Source of the DNA: Podarcis liolepis
Lineage: Eukaryota
Assembly (NCBI GenBank): GCA_965112155.1
Contig: OZ218102.1
Strand: one strand, 5' to 3'
DNA length: 64,000 bases
Shown one piece after another: positions 1 to 11,970 of this stretch. The notes under the pieces were generated by a model that was not told where the DNA came from, searched no databases, and saw only the letters and a program-made list of their open reading frames with translations. Within the stretch, counting starts at the first letter, position 1; each line of letters starts with the position of its first letter. The position numbers and the translations under genes are program-made.

Positions 1-53
1 GGGTCACGAAGAGTCGGACACGACTAAACGACTAAACAACAACAACAACAACA
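1..53 (+). mobile_element. 3' end of an RTE-BovB LINE (or BovB-tailed SINE) with (CAA)n tail
   Basis: GGGTCACGAAGAGTCGGACACGACTAAACGACTAAAC followed by (AAC)n matches the characteristic BovB 3' terminus. Confidence 0.85.
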
Positions 54-1779
54 CCCACATTGACTTCTTATTTGCTTCTACTCTTGGCATTGTCCCTTTA
101 ACCATTAGCACTGATATCGCCCCAGCTCAGCCATTTACATCTCAAGCCTGGCACATTTCTGCATAAGGGATGACTACTGAATGTGGTATGCAGATACTGT
201 GGTCATTTTCGCAAATGCATAGACTTTTAAGACATGCTTAACACAGGGAAGTGGCTCCTGGAGTCCTGAGGTGTGTCTGCATTGGAGCTCTAAGATTTAA
301 ATTGTCTCCTTTACAGAGTCCCATTACTCGCCATTTCCTAAGTTTTCCATCACCATTCTCTTGTTCATTTGTTGTATGTCAGACATTGTTACACCACAAC
401 TTCCTGACCATTGGCCACAATGGCTGGAATTGTTGAGAGTTGGAGTCCAAAGACATCGGGAGACTGCCAGGGAGGCTGCCCCTGTCTTGAGCTCTTTAGG
501 GAAATTATATTTTGTCAAATCACCACAGGCCCTGAATAAAGGTTACACCAGGGCTTGTTGCATTTCTGGAGTAAGTAATAGCTTCACTCTACCTCATGAG
601 GCCTAATTGGAATAAATGCTTTTGAGATGGTGAAGAACTGGTGAGATAGAAGCTTGAAGCCTTTTATAAATGTGTGTGTGTGGCGGTGGCAGTGGCAGTG
701 GGGGAGAACAGTATAAAAATGAATTCAAATGATCACTGCATTGTCACAGCTTAATACGGCCATTAATGTGTGGCGTCCTTGCACATTTAACAAGCTATTA
801 GTAATCGATGTCTAGATGTTCAGCCATTATGTGCAAATACCTCCCATAATTAGAAGGGCCATTATCTTCAGTAAGCCCTGTAATGTTCCCCCAACAAACT
901 GGATTGTCTACCACATGCTGTAAGCAAAATGTATTCCTAACTGTTAGCTCACAGTGGGATGCAAGGTGATTCCCAATGTGTGAGTAAGAAAAATGGGAAG
1001 CGGGGAGAAATAGCCCTGGATAAAGAAATCGCCAGCCTCTCTTGAAGACAGAACATTGTTATTTCGTTTTTGCCAGAAAATACTCATCCTGAAACATGTA
1101 TTACTGGGAGAAATTCATTGGTATCAAATATGCCAGAAAAATAAAGGCAGCTTTTAACACTGTTCCTGTCTAACTATATTTGGCACAGAGGTTTCATTAC
1201 TTCAGGGATGGTGCCTGATTTTGCAGGGCCCTTGGCATGGTACCAATGATGCCTGCACCACCTAGCCATGTTTGTGGCAGTGTCAACTGCCACCATGCCA
1301 TGTTTCCTATGCTGAATTTAAAGTAACATAATTAGCATCAAAACAAAATATCATATTGGACATTACAATTACAATATGAAAACATGCCAATAGAATAGTT
1401 CTTTTATATTGTTTGAAAAACTAAACATATACTTTAAAATATTGGGCAGAGTTATTGGAAACAGACCAAGCCAGGCCACTGAGCATGGAATAAATGCCCC
1501 ATTTTTTGTTACACAAATGTTATAGTCACACCCATCCCAATTAACCATGTCTGTTATTTTCAGTGGGTCTACTCTGAGTAGGACTAATACTGGAAACAGC
1601 CTTTAAAATTATGAACAGAAGGTAGTAATCGGTAACATTTACACATAACTATTAATTTGTGTTAGCCTGTAGTAATTCCTTCCACGTTTGTCCAGTTAAA
1701 TATTTGCTTGAGTTTTCTTCTGTTTTTAAACAGTTTTAATGACATTCTGTGATACAGTTCTTTCCATGGAAACAAGTGG

Positions 1780-1800
1780 AGAGCTCTCCATGGTCCTTAA
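1780..1800 (-). promoter_or_regulatory. RE1/NRSE-like motif (weaker candidate)
   Basis: Minus strand TTAAGGACCATGGAGAGCTCT vs consensus TTCAGCACCACGGACAGCGCC; canonical 2-bp spacer. Confidence 0.3.
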
Positions 1801-3599
1801 CCTAGAAATGCTCATGAAGTCAATATTGATGTACATGGAGCTGAGAAGCTCTGGTAGGAAGTAGTGAGGGTCAAGGGATGCTATACACTGTAAACAATAC
1901 ACATGGTGTGCAAGATATCACTTTGTGTTTGAAAATGGTTGAAACATCTGGAATGCCTTTCTTCTTCTTTCTTTTAAAAAAAAGTTAATTTGGACACGCT
2001 GTCAATATTTATTAATATACTTTGAAATAGTTATGCATTCACTCCAGTAACTATCCTAAATAACACAGAGACATTTTGATGTGCTAATTTTAAAGTTGAA
2101 CTTTACAAAAAACAAACTGTAACCAATCATAAATGAGGTTAATCACTTGCTGATTCCACTGGCATTCATTGTAATGACACTAATTACAATAAACACATTT
2201 AAAATTAATGTGCATGTCATATGCATATATCAATTCCATTCTAATTTGCCATTGATTAATGTCCACACTGGGAACGTGTTTGCCATGATAAAATAGCCTC
2301 ACTGGGAAAAAGAATAACCTAGGCAGAATTATCAAAAGGAGGGAGGGAGAAAAGAAACATATCAAGTCATTGTCATTCATAAGCTGAATTTCCAGTTGCT
2401 CTAAGAGTAGGCATATAGAGGCAGTTGGGCATTTGTCCCAAACACTGGATCTGCAGGTGGCAACAAGTAGCCTTGAACATGGTCCTGCAAATGTGCCCAC
2501 TAATCCCTGGCAATCACAAACAAACATATCCAAGACACATTGAAGAAGAGAGGTGGGCAGAGAGAGGGAGAAGGAGAGAACATGCTATCACTGCATTTTA
2601 TTCTCTTTTATAGATTGTGAACACAGACACCCTGGAGCTCCATCTTGCCCTCCTGAAAACCAAGACAATTCACCTGCCATCACAGGTATCATCCAAGCTG
2701 TGCATAAAATGCCTACCAAACTAGAACCAGGCTACAAGGAAGGGGCTGAACTGTGACTGTTACCAATCAATCTTGGATGACACCCTGGGGCATTAGAACA
2801 GCAATTGGCTGCTCACCTCCACTATGACATCCATCATATTGAATGTAACTACTAATGGTGGTTTCCCTTCATTAAGATTTCTTTGGCAGAGAGAGAGCAG
2901 CCCTTAGGATGTGTGCTACTCAGATGGCTTTGCAAAGAACTGCCAGCTCACAGAGATTGCGAGTTCATGGCTGAATGCTAAGAGAAGGCAAGGGAGCACC
3001 AGTAGGAGTATTTGGTTACATGAGCAATTCCCCAGAGGCTTATACCAGAGCTAAAGTGTACTGACTGTAGTATTGGAATTGTTCGTGTAAAATGACTCAG
3101 TTTCCAATAATTGAGCTTCCTAGGCAAGGAGGTGCTGCTATTGTTGTTTTTAATTAAGCTGTAGGATAAATTGGGTCACCCATTGCAGGAAATGAAAATG
3201 AGATGCAGTGCGGGAGGGAATCCAGCAGGACTGTGTAGCCGCTATTGTTGGCTTGTGAGGCGCTCACAATGCTTGTGTAATTGCAACAGTAACAGCAGCA
3301 TCTGCAGCCTCAGAGGAGCTGGAAGGTGCATTATACTGTATTAGTCTACAGTACAGCATTTTTAGTGTGAAAAGCAGTTTGTGATTCTTCGCACTCCCTT
3401 CCAACAGAAATTATATGGGGGAGCTTCAAAGTACAGCTATTCTCATAATTGAAACAGTTTGGGGAATGTGAAATTTGCCCAAAATAGAGAGGTCTCCAGG
3501 GCATAAATCATATATAGAGATGGATCATTGTGAGAAGCATAAATCAGGTATAGAATAAAGATAGAACTGACTCAGGGAGAGCCAAACAAAGTAGATATT

Positions 3600-3641
3600 G
3601 CTGTTAATGAAATGTCAGCTGTTAATGAAATGTCAGCTGTT
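3600..3641. repeat. 18-bp tandem duplication
   Basis: GCTGTTAATGAAATGTCA x2 plus partial GCTGTT. Confidence 0.9.
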
Positions 3642-6600
3642 CTGCAAGTGGGAAACAATCCATTTGATCACTGCGCTCATGTCAGCTACTTACTTCTGCT
3701 TCCTTAGGGGTCCCATTGTTTGTGGACTGTAGGTAATTGGACTCATCTGCCACTTCTACACACCACCAGTGCTTAATTTTTAAAAGGAGAGGTGCCACAA
3801 CTTTACCCTTTAAGAAAGTACTCATCTGGAGGCCTGAACCCAAGGGCATAACTACATGTTACACTCCAATGGCTGTTTTCCTGGGGCTAATCAACTTTTG
3901 CTTATTTGCAGTGGATACGTCAATGGGATGGGGTGCTTCTTTGCTTAACCCTCCATCACCCACTGCTTTCCCCTCCAAATTCTCCTCCACCAGGGGCTTT
4001 TCTACTAAGGGATTCAATGTGTTAGTGTGTTTTACCTTGAATGCATCTGAAATACTGCAGAAAGGAAGTTGCATGGGGTATGTCTCTATGGTAGACTAAG
4101 CACCACCCCTTCTGCCTCTTCTCTTCTACAAATCACCCACTCCTAGTGGGCATTTCCCTATCTAAAGTGACCATTTGAATCTTACTGCATGTAATGGGGT
4201 ATATTAGGTAGCTTAGTACTCAGTGCCTTTCCACGCTCATCATTGACAGTGAGATCATTTCTGTTTGAGCCAATGTTTTCAAGACTGAATCCATAGCTGA
4301 TTGTCCACATCTTTCTTCACACATTATTATAAGAGAGTGGGTGTCAGGCTTTCCTTTCCACACTTATGGGTTGCTCCTGGACTGAGAAAAAGTTCACTGG
4401 CTGTAGTTACACATCTAGAATATCCTCATGTTCCTCCAGCCAGTAAATATTGGAGTTATGAACATGCACACAAGGATAGCCCTTTCATGGATTTATGCAC
4501 TGACTAGTGTTCCAAAATGCTGATCTTGTAGGAGAACAGAAGTTTACAAGAAGAACTACATATCTGTCTGAGCTACAGTGAAGCTGGTTATTGTGGTGAA
4601 TGCTACCAGGAGGAGTACCACCATCTCTATCGGCCATAAATACATGCAGTGATGGCTAAACTGGGGTTCTTGACACCATACCCACAGCAGGACCCCTCTC
4701 CATAGCAACATTGCCACTGGTTGGTGCTACAGCACCTCACTGCCATTGCACAACCCACTCACATGGGTGCTCCTGCTCCTCCACAATGCCATTGCTGAGT
4801 CACTGGTCACTCCCTCTGCGTCTGAGGCATAAGTTCGCAAGCAAGCAGCCAGCTACAGTAAAGCAGGAGAAGCAGACGAGCCAGATGACTCCCACTGCCC
4901 TCTGCTGAGCTATGTGCCTTGGCTGGTGCTCAACTATGCTGGCCGCTGACCCTGGCCCTGCATGCATGCTGCTGCAAATCATCTCGGCATGTGCAAAATG
5001 AGGGAGAGGGCATGCCAAATTAGCTTCTGATCATGGCACTTAAGTCACACTGCTCGTTGCAGGCAGGGACTGGGAGCTGCTATAGGCAGAGCAAAAAGGA
5101 ATGACACACTCACATGGTAGGCATAACCTCTGACCAACTGCAAACCAGATGCACATGTAATAGTGTATGCCATAACCCAGTGCAAACAGCGGTGCTGGCA
5201 CAGCCCCAGAGATTGTTGGCTCTATGGGATTATTGCATACCAGCACACTGCATAGATCAGGAGTCCCAAACTTGCTTCATCATCAGCAACAACAACAACA
5301 GCGACATGGTGGTGCAGATGATTAATAGACATTGTCAAGAGAGGAACAGCAAAGCTGCTAATAATGTATGGGATTTTGTTGGTGGTGCTGTTTCGCCTTT
5401 TTCAGGGCTAAATAAATGCAAGAAGCTGGCTAGGGAGAAACAAGAACTAAAGCTGTAACAATCTAATACCTCTTCTCTCTCTAGCCCCATTAGAGATCAA
5501 TTGCACCCTTCTAGCCAGTACAATGGAAATAACCTCCTCCCACAGAGACAGGACAGGGTGAGGATTGGTGAATTACCAGTAGATACTAGTGTAGGAGAAC
5601 TGATCCTCGTCCACCAGGAAAGTTTGGAGAAGGAGCAAGACTAAAAAAAAAACCTGAAAGGGAATGCTGGGAGTGAATGTACTAAGACAAAGTGAAAAGG
5701 GGAGCTACGTGGTCACATAGAATGGAAAGAAGGGAAATGATGGGGAAATGAGCCATGTGATAGGAATGGAGACCTGGATTGCTGGGAAAGAACAGAGGTA
5801 AGTCTTGCCATATAATGGCTTGTGAATTTTGATACCATTGCATGTGGTGACATGACCTCCTTCCCTTTCCATTAGTAGAAACCAGAATGTATGCACATAT
5901 TTACTGTTTCTGGGAGGCTAATCCTTCTGCATTTCAGTGGCTTTCTATCCACTCTCTCGAAAATAGCCATATATTTCAGGATTAGCTGAACTTGCACCAT
6001 GCACACCATGCTGAGTAAAGAACAGAGGGATAAAGCTGTTCTTACACTCACTTCAACATATGCAAGCAATGACCTGTGTCTCCTCCGCCATTAATCTCTG
6101 CCGTATTTGCTATACTTACACAGTACAATATTTGCCATCAGATTTTGGATCCCAAATACAGAGTACAGCAAGAGGTCTAGTGGCTTCTTCAAGAAAAACA
6201 GGTGCATAAAGGCACAGGTTTTCCTGGACCAGAGTATACTTCCAGATACAAAAAAATGTCCTCCTCAACTTGGGGGTGGGTTCCCCACACAGAGGGGGAA
6301 ATGTAAGCACTATAGCAGGGATAGGGAACCCCTGGATCTAATGAGTGTTTTATATCTCTCATCATCACCTCTGAACATTGGCCATGCTGGCTGGGGCCAC
6401 TGGAGTTGGAGTTCAACAGCTTCAGAGCACACCAGGTTAACAACCCTTGCGGGAAAGGTGGATGGTTTCTAATGTCTAGTAGGACATTTCATGGCCTGAT
6501 AGCTCCACTGCTTATACTGTGTCGTGTGCATGTGAGCCAAGATGATGATAAAATATGAGGATGGCACTTTGTGCACCTGGTGTGGCATGCTCTAGTCTAG

Positions 6601-7534
6601 AGGTTCTCGGAACAACAGCTTAGAGTTTGAGCGCTTCCTCTGAAGGGGAAGGCTGGGACAAAGAATGCCTGAGTTGGTTTGTTTTTCCTCCCTCCTTAAA
6701 CCTTGTCCTTTTGAGTCATGTCTTTTAGAAGGTATGCTTGAGGTATGTCTTATCAGTGACATTTGTAAACCAGCCGAGGTGGCCTTTTTTGCTGAAGTGA
6801 GGGGGGGTGGTATTTTAAATAAATGAAATGAAATGAATAAATTAAAACTTCCAAGACTTACGTTTGCATCCAAATGGCGCACAATAAATGCTTAAGCCAA
6901 AATCCAAGGCAGAACCGCCTGCTTAAGTCCATAAGTTTTAGAAAGTGCCAGAATGTTTAGCACTGTTGAATTGTGGCTCTAAGTGGGTCACTTTCGTTTT
7001 TAATTTCACTTTGTGTGCTGTACACCTTCCCATATAGAAGATAAGTCCAATGAAGTAATTTATGTGCTTCTTGGTAGGTTAAGGACATGAAAGTTCCACT
7101 GTACAAGAACAGCTAAGATCTTTGATGAAGTGCCAGCTTTGCTCAAACTTTGCAGCAACTTTAGTCTTCAGCACTTGATTTGGGGGGGGGGGGGAATCCC
7201 TTGACACAGGGATAAGTAATAAGCCTGTCTGATGAGTTACCTGCCCACTAACTGGTAATACTGGAAATATTAGGTTGAGTGGGTAAATGCTAGCCCACAC
7301 AATGGAGAGAGTGGGTTGTCAGCTGTTTCCCCTTTCTAATAACCCTTCTGAAGACCATTTAGTGCAAGACACAACAGTAGCACTTAAGGGGGCTTCAACT
7401 GACATAGCTTGTCTGCTAAGCAGCTTGTCCCCTTGGATCTCTGGGATATCCCAGGAGATCTCTTCCAAGCATTTCACAACCAGGATCAAACCTGGTGCTG
7501 AGATCCAAACTGGAAAACTGTTGGCTGTCCTCTC

Positions 7535-7553
7535 TGGCCACCAGGGGGAGCCT
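7535..7553 (+). promoter_or_regulatory. Candidate CTCF binding site
   Basis: TGGCCACCAGGGGGAGCCT: the first 14 nt are identical to the canonical CTCF core TGGCCACCAGGGGGCGCTA. Confidence 0.55.
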
Positions 7554-9220
7554 GCCGTTAGGAAAACTGAAACGTTCCACCAAAAACTGGCAAGCAATTT
7601 ATTTCTATGGGAATAAAATCAGTTTAAATCTAGGAAGGTTTGTGCTCTTGTTGTAGTTGCCTCTTCCTGGCATCCAGGGAGTGCTTAATTATAACAACAA
7701 GTAACCACGTATCAAAAAGCCAGCCATGCCCTCTACCAAATTTTTCTCGGCAACTTTGTGGCAAGCATTTCCCATCTGATTATCTAAGATGAAGGCACTG
7801 AAGTCCCAACTGTGGCCAGTTTTAATAGATTCAGAAGAGAAGGATGAGGTAGACATCTTAGCACAGTTTAAAATTCCTTTCTATCCATCTGAGACCACAT
7901 TCCCACCGTACATTTGAAGCACTATGAGACCACATTAAACAGCCATGGCTTCCCACAAAGAATTATGGGAGCTGTAGTTTGCTTAGGGTGCTGTGGGTTG
8001 TTAGAAGGCCTCTGTTCCCCTCACAGATCTACATTTCTCAGAGTGGTTTAACAACCAGCCCCTCTTCCCAGGGTATTTTCTTATTTGTTATTGCGAAAAT
8101 AGAAAGTCAACATATATCTTAACGAAGGCTGGCCCAACAATAATGAGCATGATTCCGGTACTTGTTTAAGGACAATGCAGTAAAGTCCCACATTGTGTCT
8201 TAAGTCTTCCATAATGACTTTCAAATTATTTGTGAACCAATTTTTACAAGTGCCAACTGATTCAGCTAAGCACCTGTTACCATTCAGCAGAGCCGGGTTT
8301 TGCTGGAGAGACCCCCAGCCCCTGCCCCCCTCCACCAGCCATGCTTCAGGCTTGTACAAATAGAAAACAGTGGGTGGTGTTTGCTTTTTGTTATATGCTT
8401 TAGTTCCCAGAGGCGCAACCCGTTTTGGATTTGCCTATTGCTGACTCAATAAACAGCTGAAAGATTGCTGCATTTCCTTTTGAATAGGCATTTTTAAAAG
8501 GTTTCTGGGGCTCTTCTCTGTGGGAACAGCCATGAGTCACAATGTGCCGGGAATCATTATATATTATGGCAAATCACATCAAATTGCCCCTGTGGATTTG
8601 GGAGGGGGGGAGAAGAATGGCCAGTTAGGCTTCCAAATACGCGCAAGATGAAATGATTAAATAAAGTAAGTGGACACAGGCAAGCTAGGGGAGGGGACGT
8701 GCTTATATTAGTATTTTCCTTTCTTTTTGTTAAATTTTCAAATAGGGGAAAAAAGGGAAAAATTAATGTCTCCATTAAATGTTGCCGCGTGCCTCAGTTT
8801 GTAAAGATATATCTCATTTGGTTAAATCACTGATACCACTGGCTTCCTCCAAACAGTGATCTCAAAATAAATCAATATATCATTGGGGGTCCTTGCTTTA
8901 ATGAAGAACTGGGGCTGGGAATTCAGAGGTTCAGGTCAGGATTAGTACTGAATGGTGATTTCCCCACCACTACCAAAATATCCTCTACACCAGGTCAACC
9001 CCCAGTTTGGGGATCTGATTCAGTCCACCAAGCAAAACTATCCACTCCCTAGAACCCACCAATTTTGGTGGTTGCTGCAAAAATAAAAATAGTCAAAATT
9101 CTGGGGTGAGTGGAGCCCCATATCTTGAAGGGGATGAAAATCACCCCCTCCCTAATCATCGGAGTGATCAGTTGATGAACAGAGATCATCGGATCAACTG
9201 AGGAGGAAGAGCTATGTGCC

Positions 9221-9226
<6 letters not shown>

Positions 9227-9291
<65 letters not shown>
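9227..9291. repeat. Compound (TG)n(AG)n microsatellite
   Basis: Direct reading. Confidence 0.97.
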
Positions 9292-9296
<5 letters not shown>

Positions 9297-10358
9297 TATG
9301 CAGAGTGGCCACTTTCAGACACACACACTCATGTGCAGCCCCTCAAGGGTTGGCTATTGGTGAATGTGGCCCTTGGGCCTAAACAGCTAGCTGCCATCCT
9401 CCAGCCCTACACAATATTTCATGCCCATCAATAAGATATGTGCCAGAAAAGAGACTTTTAGTTGGAGCAACAAATTGGGTATTTCCCCACCAAAAAACAC
9501 AGCTCCACACTGGGGTTTAGGTGCCACTGCAGTGCACAGTGCTAAAAAGTATCAAAACTAGGGTCTTCTTCACTTATCATTTGAGTCAGTGGCTTGTCTA
9601 TGACCGTTTCTCCTATAGTTGCCAGTGGTAAACCTTCTGTGATGTACACACAGGCATGTGGGCAGAAGGTAGGCATAATGAAAACAATAGACAACTCATA
9701 TTTCCTGTATATTCTCTGAAGCTTCTGATCACACAGTGAGGTGTTTTTACCAACTCTCTGCAACTAATCAGAAATCCAGGGAAGCAGAGATGTGCTAAAA
9801 ATAACTTCATGGCATGGTTGGATGCTACAAATGACTGGCTTCCCATGTGACTGAACATGCATGGTGCTCAGTGGACAAGCAATGCCAATTTCTGTTGCCA
9901 CCCATTGTGTCAGTGCAGCAGCTCATAGGAATGAGCAAGGACACTCTGTGTTTATTTTTAAATGATGTTTGCAACCCTAAGAAACCAGAGGTAGTTCTGA
10001 GCATGCCAGCTCTCAGAAAACAGGAGAATGAGACCCAGGTTTGTTTCAGGTGTCAGGATCTGGACATCAGAGAGGATTTACACATGCAAGTACACCACTT
10101 GATAACTCAGAGCTGAAGGCATGACCTACATGTCTTGCACATATTGTGTTTGATATTGTGTTAGGTGATATGAAAGTGTTTCATCTGTGATCATATATGG
10201 CCTCTGCAAGTTTCCAGTTCTAAAATTCTGCCATTTAGAGCATTCTGCCATTTGGCCTACCAAATATTGTTGAGCTCTAACTCCCACCAGCACCTGCCAG
10301 CATGGTCAATGGCCTAGTTCCTTGTCCCTGCAATTTAGCTATCTCAATGCTTTAGGAC

Positions 10359-10496
10359 CAGGGATGGGGAACCTGTGATGTCCCCAGATGTTGTTGGACT
10401 CCATCTCCCATCTTCCCTGAGTGTTGGACATGCTGGCTAAGGCTGATGGGAGTTGGAGTCCAAAAACATCTCAACAACCAGAGATTTCCACTCCTG
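10359..10496. mobile_element. Decayed hAT-type palindromic MITE
   Basis: CAGGGATGGGGAACCTG...CAGATGTTGTTGGACT...GGGAGTTGGAGTCCAAAAACATCT...CTCCTG; same architecture as the copies at 46841 and 54196. Confidence 0.7.
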
Positions 10497-11789
10497 ATTT
10501 TGCCTGCCCTCAGCTTCCCCATATTCTTTCATCTCAGTCCTAAGTATGTTTACTTGGATATAAATCCCACTCATTTCAATGAGATCTACATCCTGATAAG
10601 TGACACTGGATTGAAAGCTTTTATGCGTCACTGGAAATTGCCCCCAAATGTTTATTTGAGGGGCATTTTTGTCATGTAGCTTTGCCTAGTGCCTACTATG
10701 TTCAAACTACATTTATGCAAACTGTGCCACCACGACATGTGCCAGATGAGCTATGTCCCACTGAGTCCCACTATTTTTTATCAGCAACATTAAGTGCTGA
10801 ATGAATTGCTCACCACAGGCTGACACAATCCTTTTTTTTTATCAAAGTGGAAGAGGAACACGAAACAAGAGCTGTTCATTTTGTTATAATGGCTGTTCAG
10901 GACATCGGTTCACTTAGCAGGAGGCTAACGTTATGCAAAGGACATAAGATATTAAGGAAAGAACTTGTGTCCCTGGCTAGCATATGTGGTTCCCTTTCCA
11001 GGTCAGTGAAGAACTCTGTGCATATGTAATTGACAAGTTAACATTTTCTTATAATGGGTCCTCCTCCAGATACCATGGAGAGTTCCTTGCATGATTGCAC
11101 TCTCAAATGCTGCTATCTGGGGCACACACTACTTTTGCAGCCTTCTCCACTCCCATTTGTGATAGTAGTTTGTACAAACCTTGTTTGGTCTCTGAAAGCG
11201 CACACAGAGAGCTGGTTCAACTGTCATACCTAACTAGAGCCCAGACTAATACGTGCTCAATAGCATCAGGAAAAAGTGGTCACGGAAGACTACATCTTTT
11301 CTTAGCCAGAGGTGAATTATGCCTCTACCCTGAAAATGACCAGCAACCTGGCAGCATTTGGGAGCTGATTGTTGCAATTTATTCCTGGATTTAATTTTCA
11401 CATGAATTACAAGGTATGGAAGGAAACTAAAGGAGGCATGACCAACTTTTTTTCTAATGGGTAATGATTTAGCACACCTAATTGAGTGCATCTGGGCATT
11501 CTCATTTTCTCAAATCAATCCTTGTGAAATGGGATGATTTAGTCCCAACTTCTCCCTCCCCAAGAACATAACTCAGCTGGGTAGATGAAGAGCTTGGGGA
11601 TAATGAAGGACTATCCATTCTAGTCACTCTTGGCAGGTCTCTAACAATGTTCCTGGAATGTTCTATGGATGAGAGCCACTTGTTACGTAACAGTCCAATG
11701 GTAGGGGTCAGCAAGTAGAGGCTCCTGGCCCACTTGAAGAATCAGCCGGGGGGGGGCAATCAAATGCCAATGCAGAAGCAAAAATGAAA

Positions 11790-11970
11790 GGCTGAAGCTC
11801 GGTGGTAGAGCACACGCTATACATGAAAATGGTTTGATTCCCAGTTCCCAGATGGGGCTTTGAAAGAGCCCTGCCTGAAACCTTGGAGAACCACTGCTAG
11901 TTGCCATAGACAATACTGAGCTAGATGGACCAATGATCTGACTGACTAGAAAGCATCCTCCTAGGTTTCC
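11790..11970 (+). mobile_element. Old tRNA-derived SINE with CR1-like 3' tail
   Basis: A-box-like AGCTCGGTGGTAGAGCA and B-box-like GGTTTGATTCC; tail GAGCTAGATGGACCAATGATCTGACT. Related tails occur on the minus strand at ~12270-12360, ~53458-53550 and ~63875-63930. Confidence 0.65.

Noticed and set aside
11067-11087. Third RE1-like sequence (CCAGATACCATGGAGAGTTCC)
   Set aside because: Left half-site is disrupted by an extra base; weak match.
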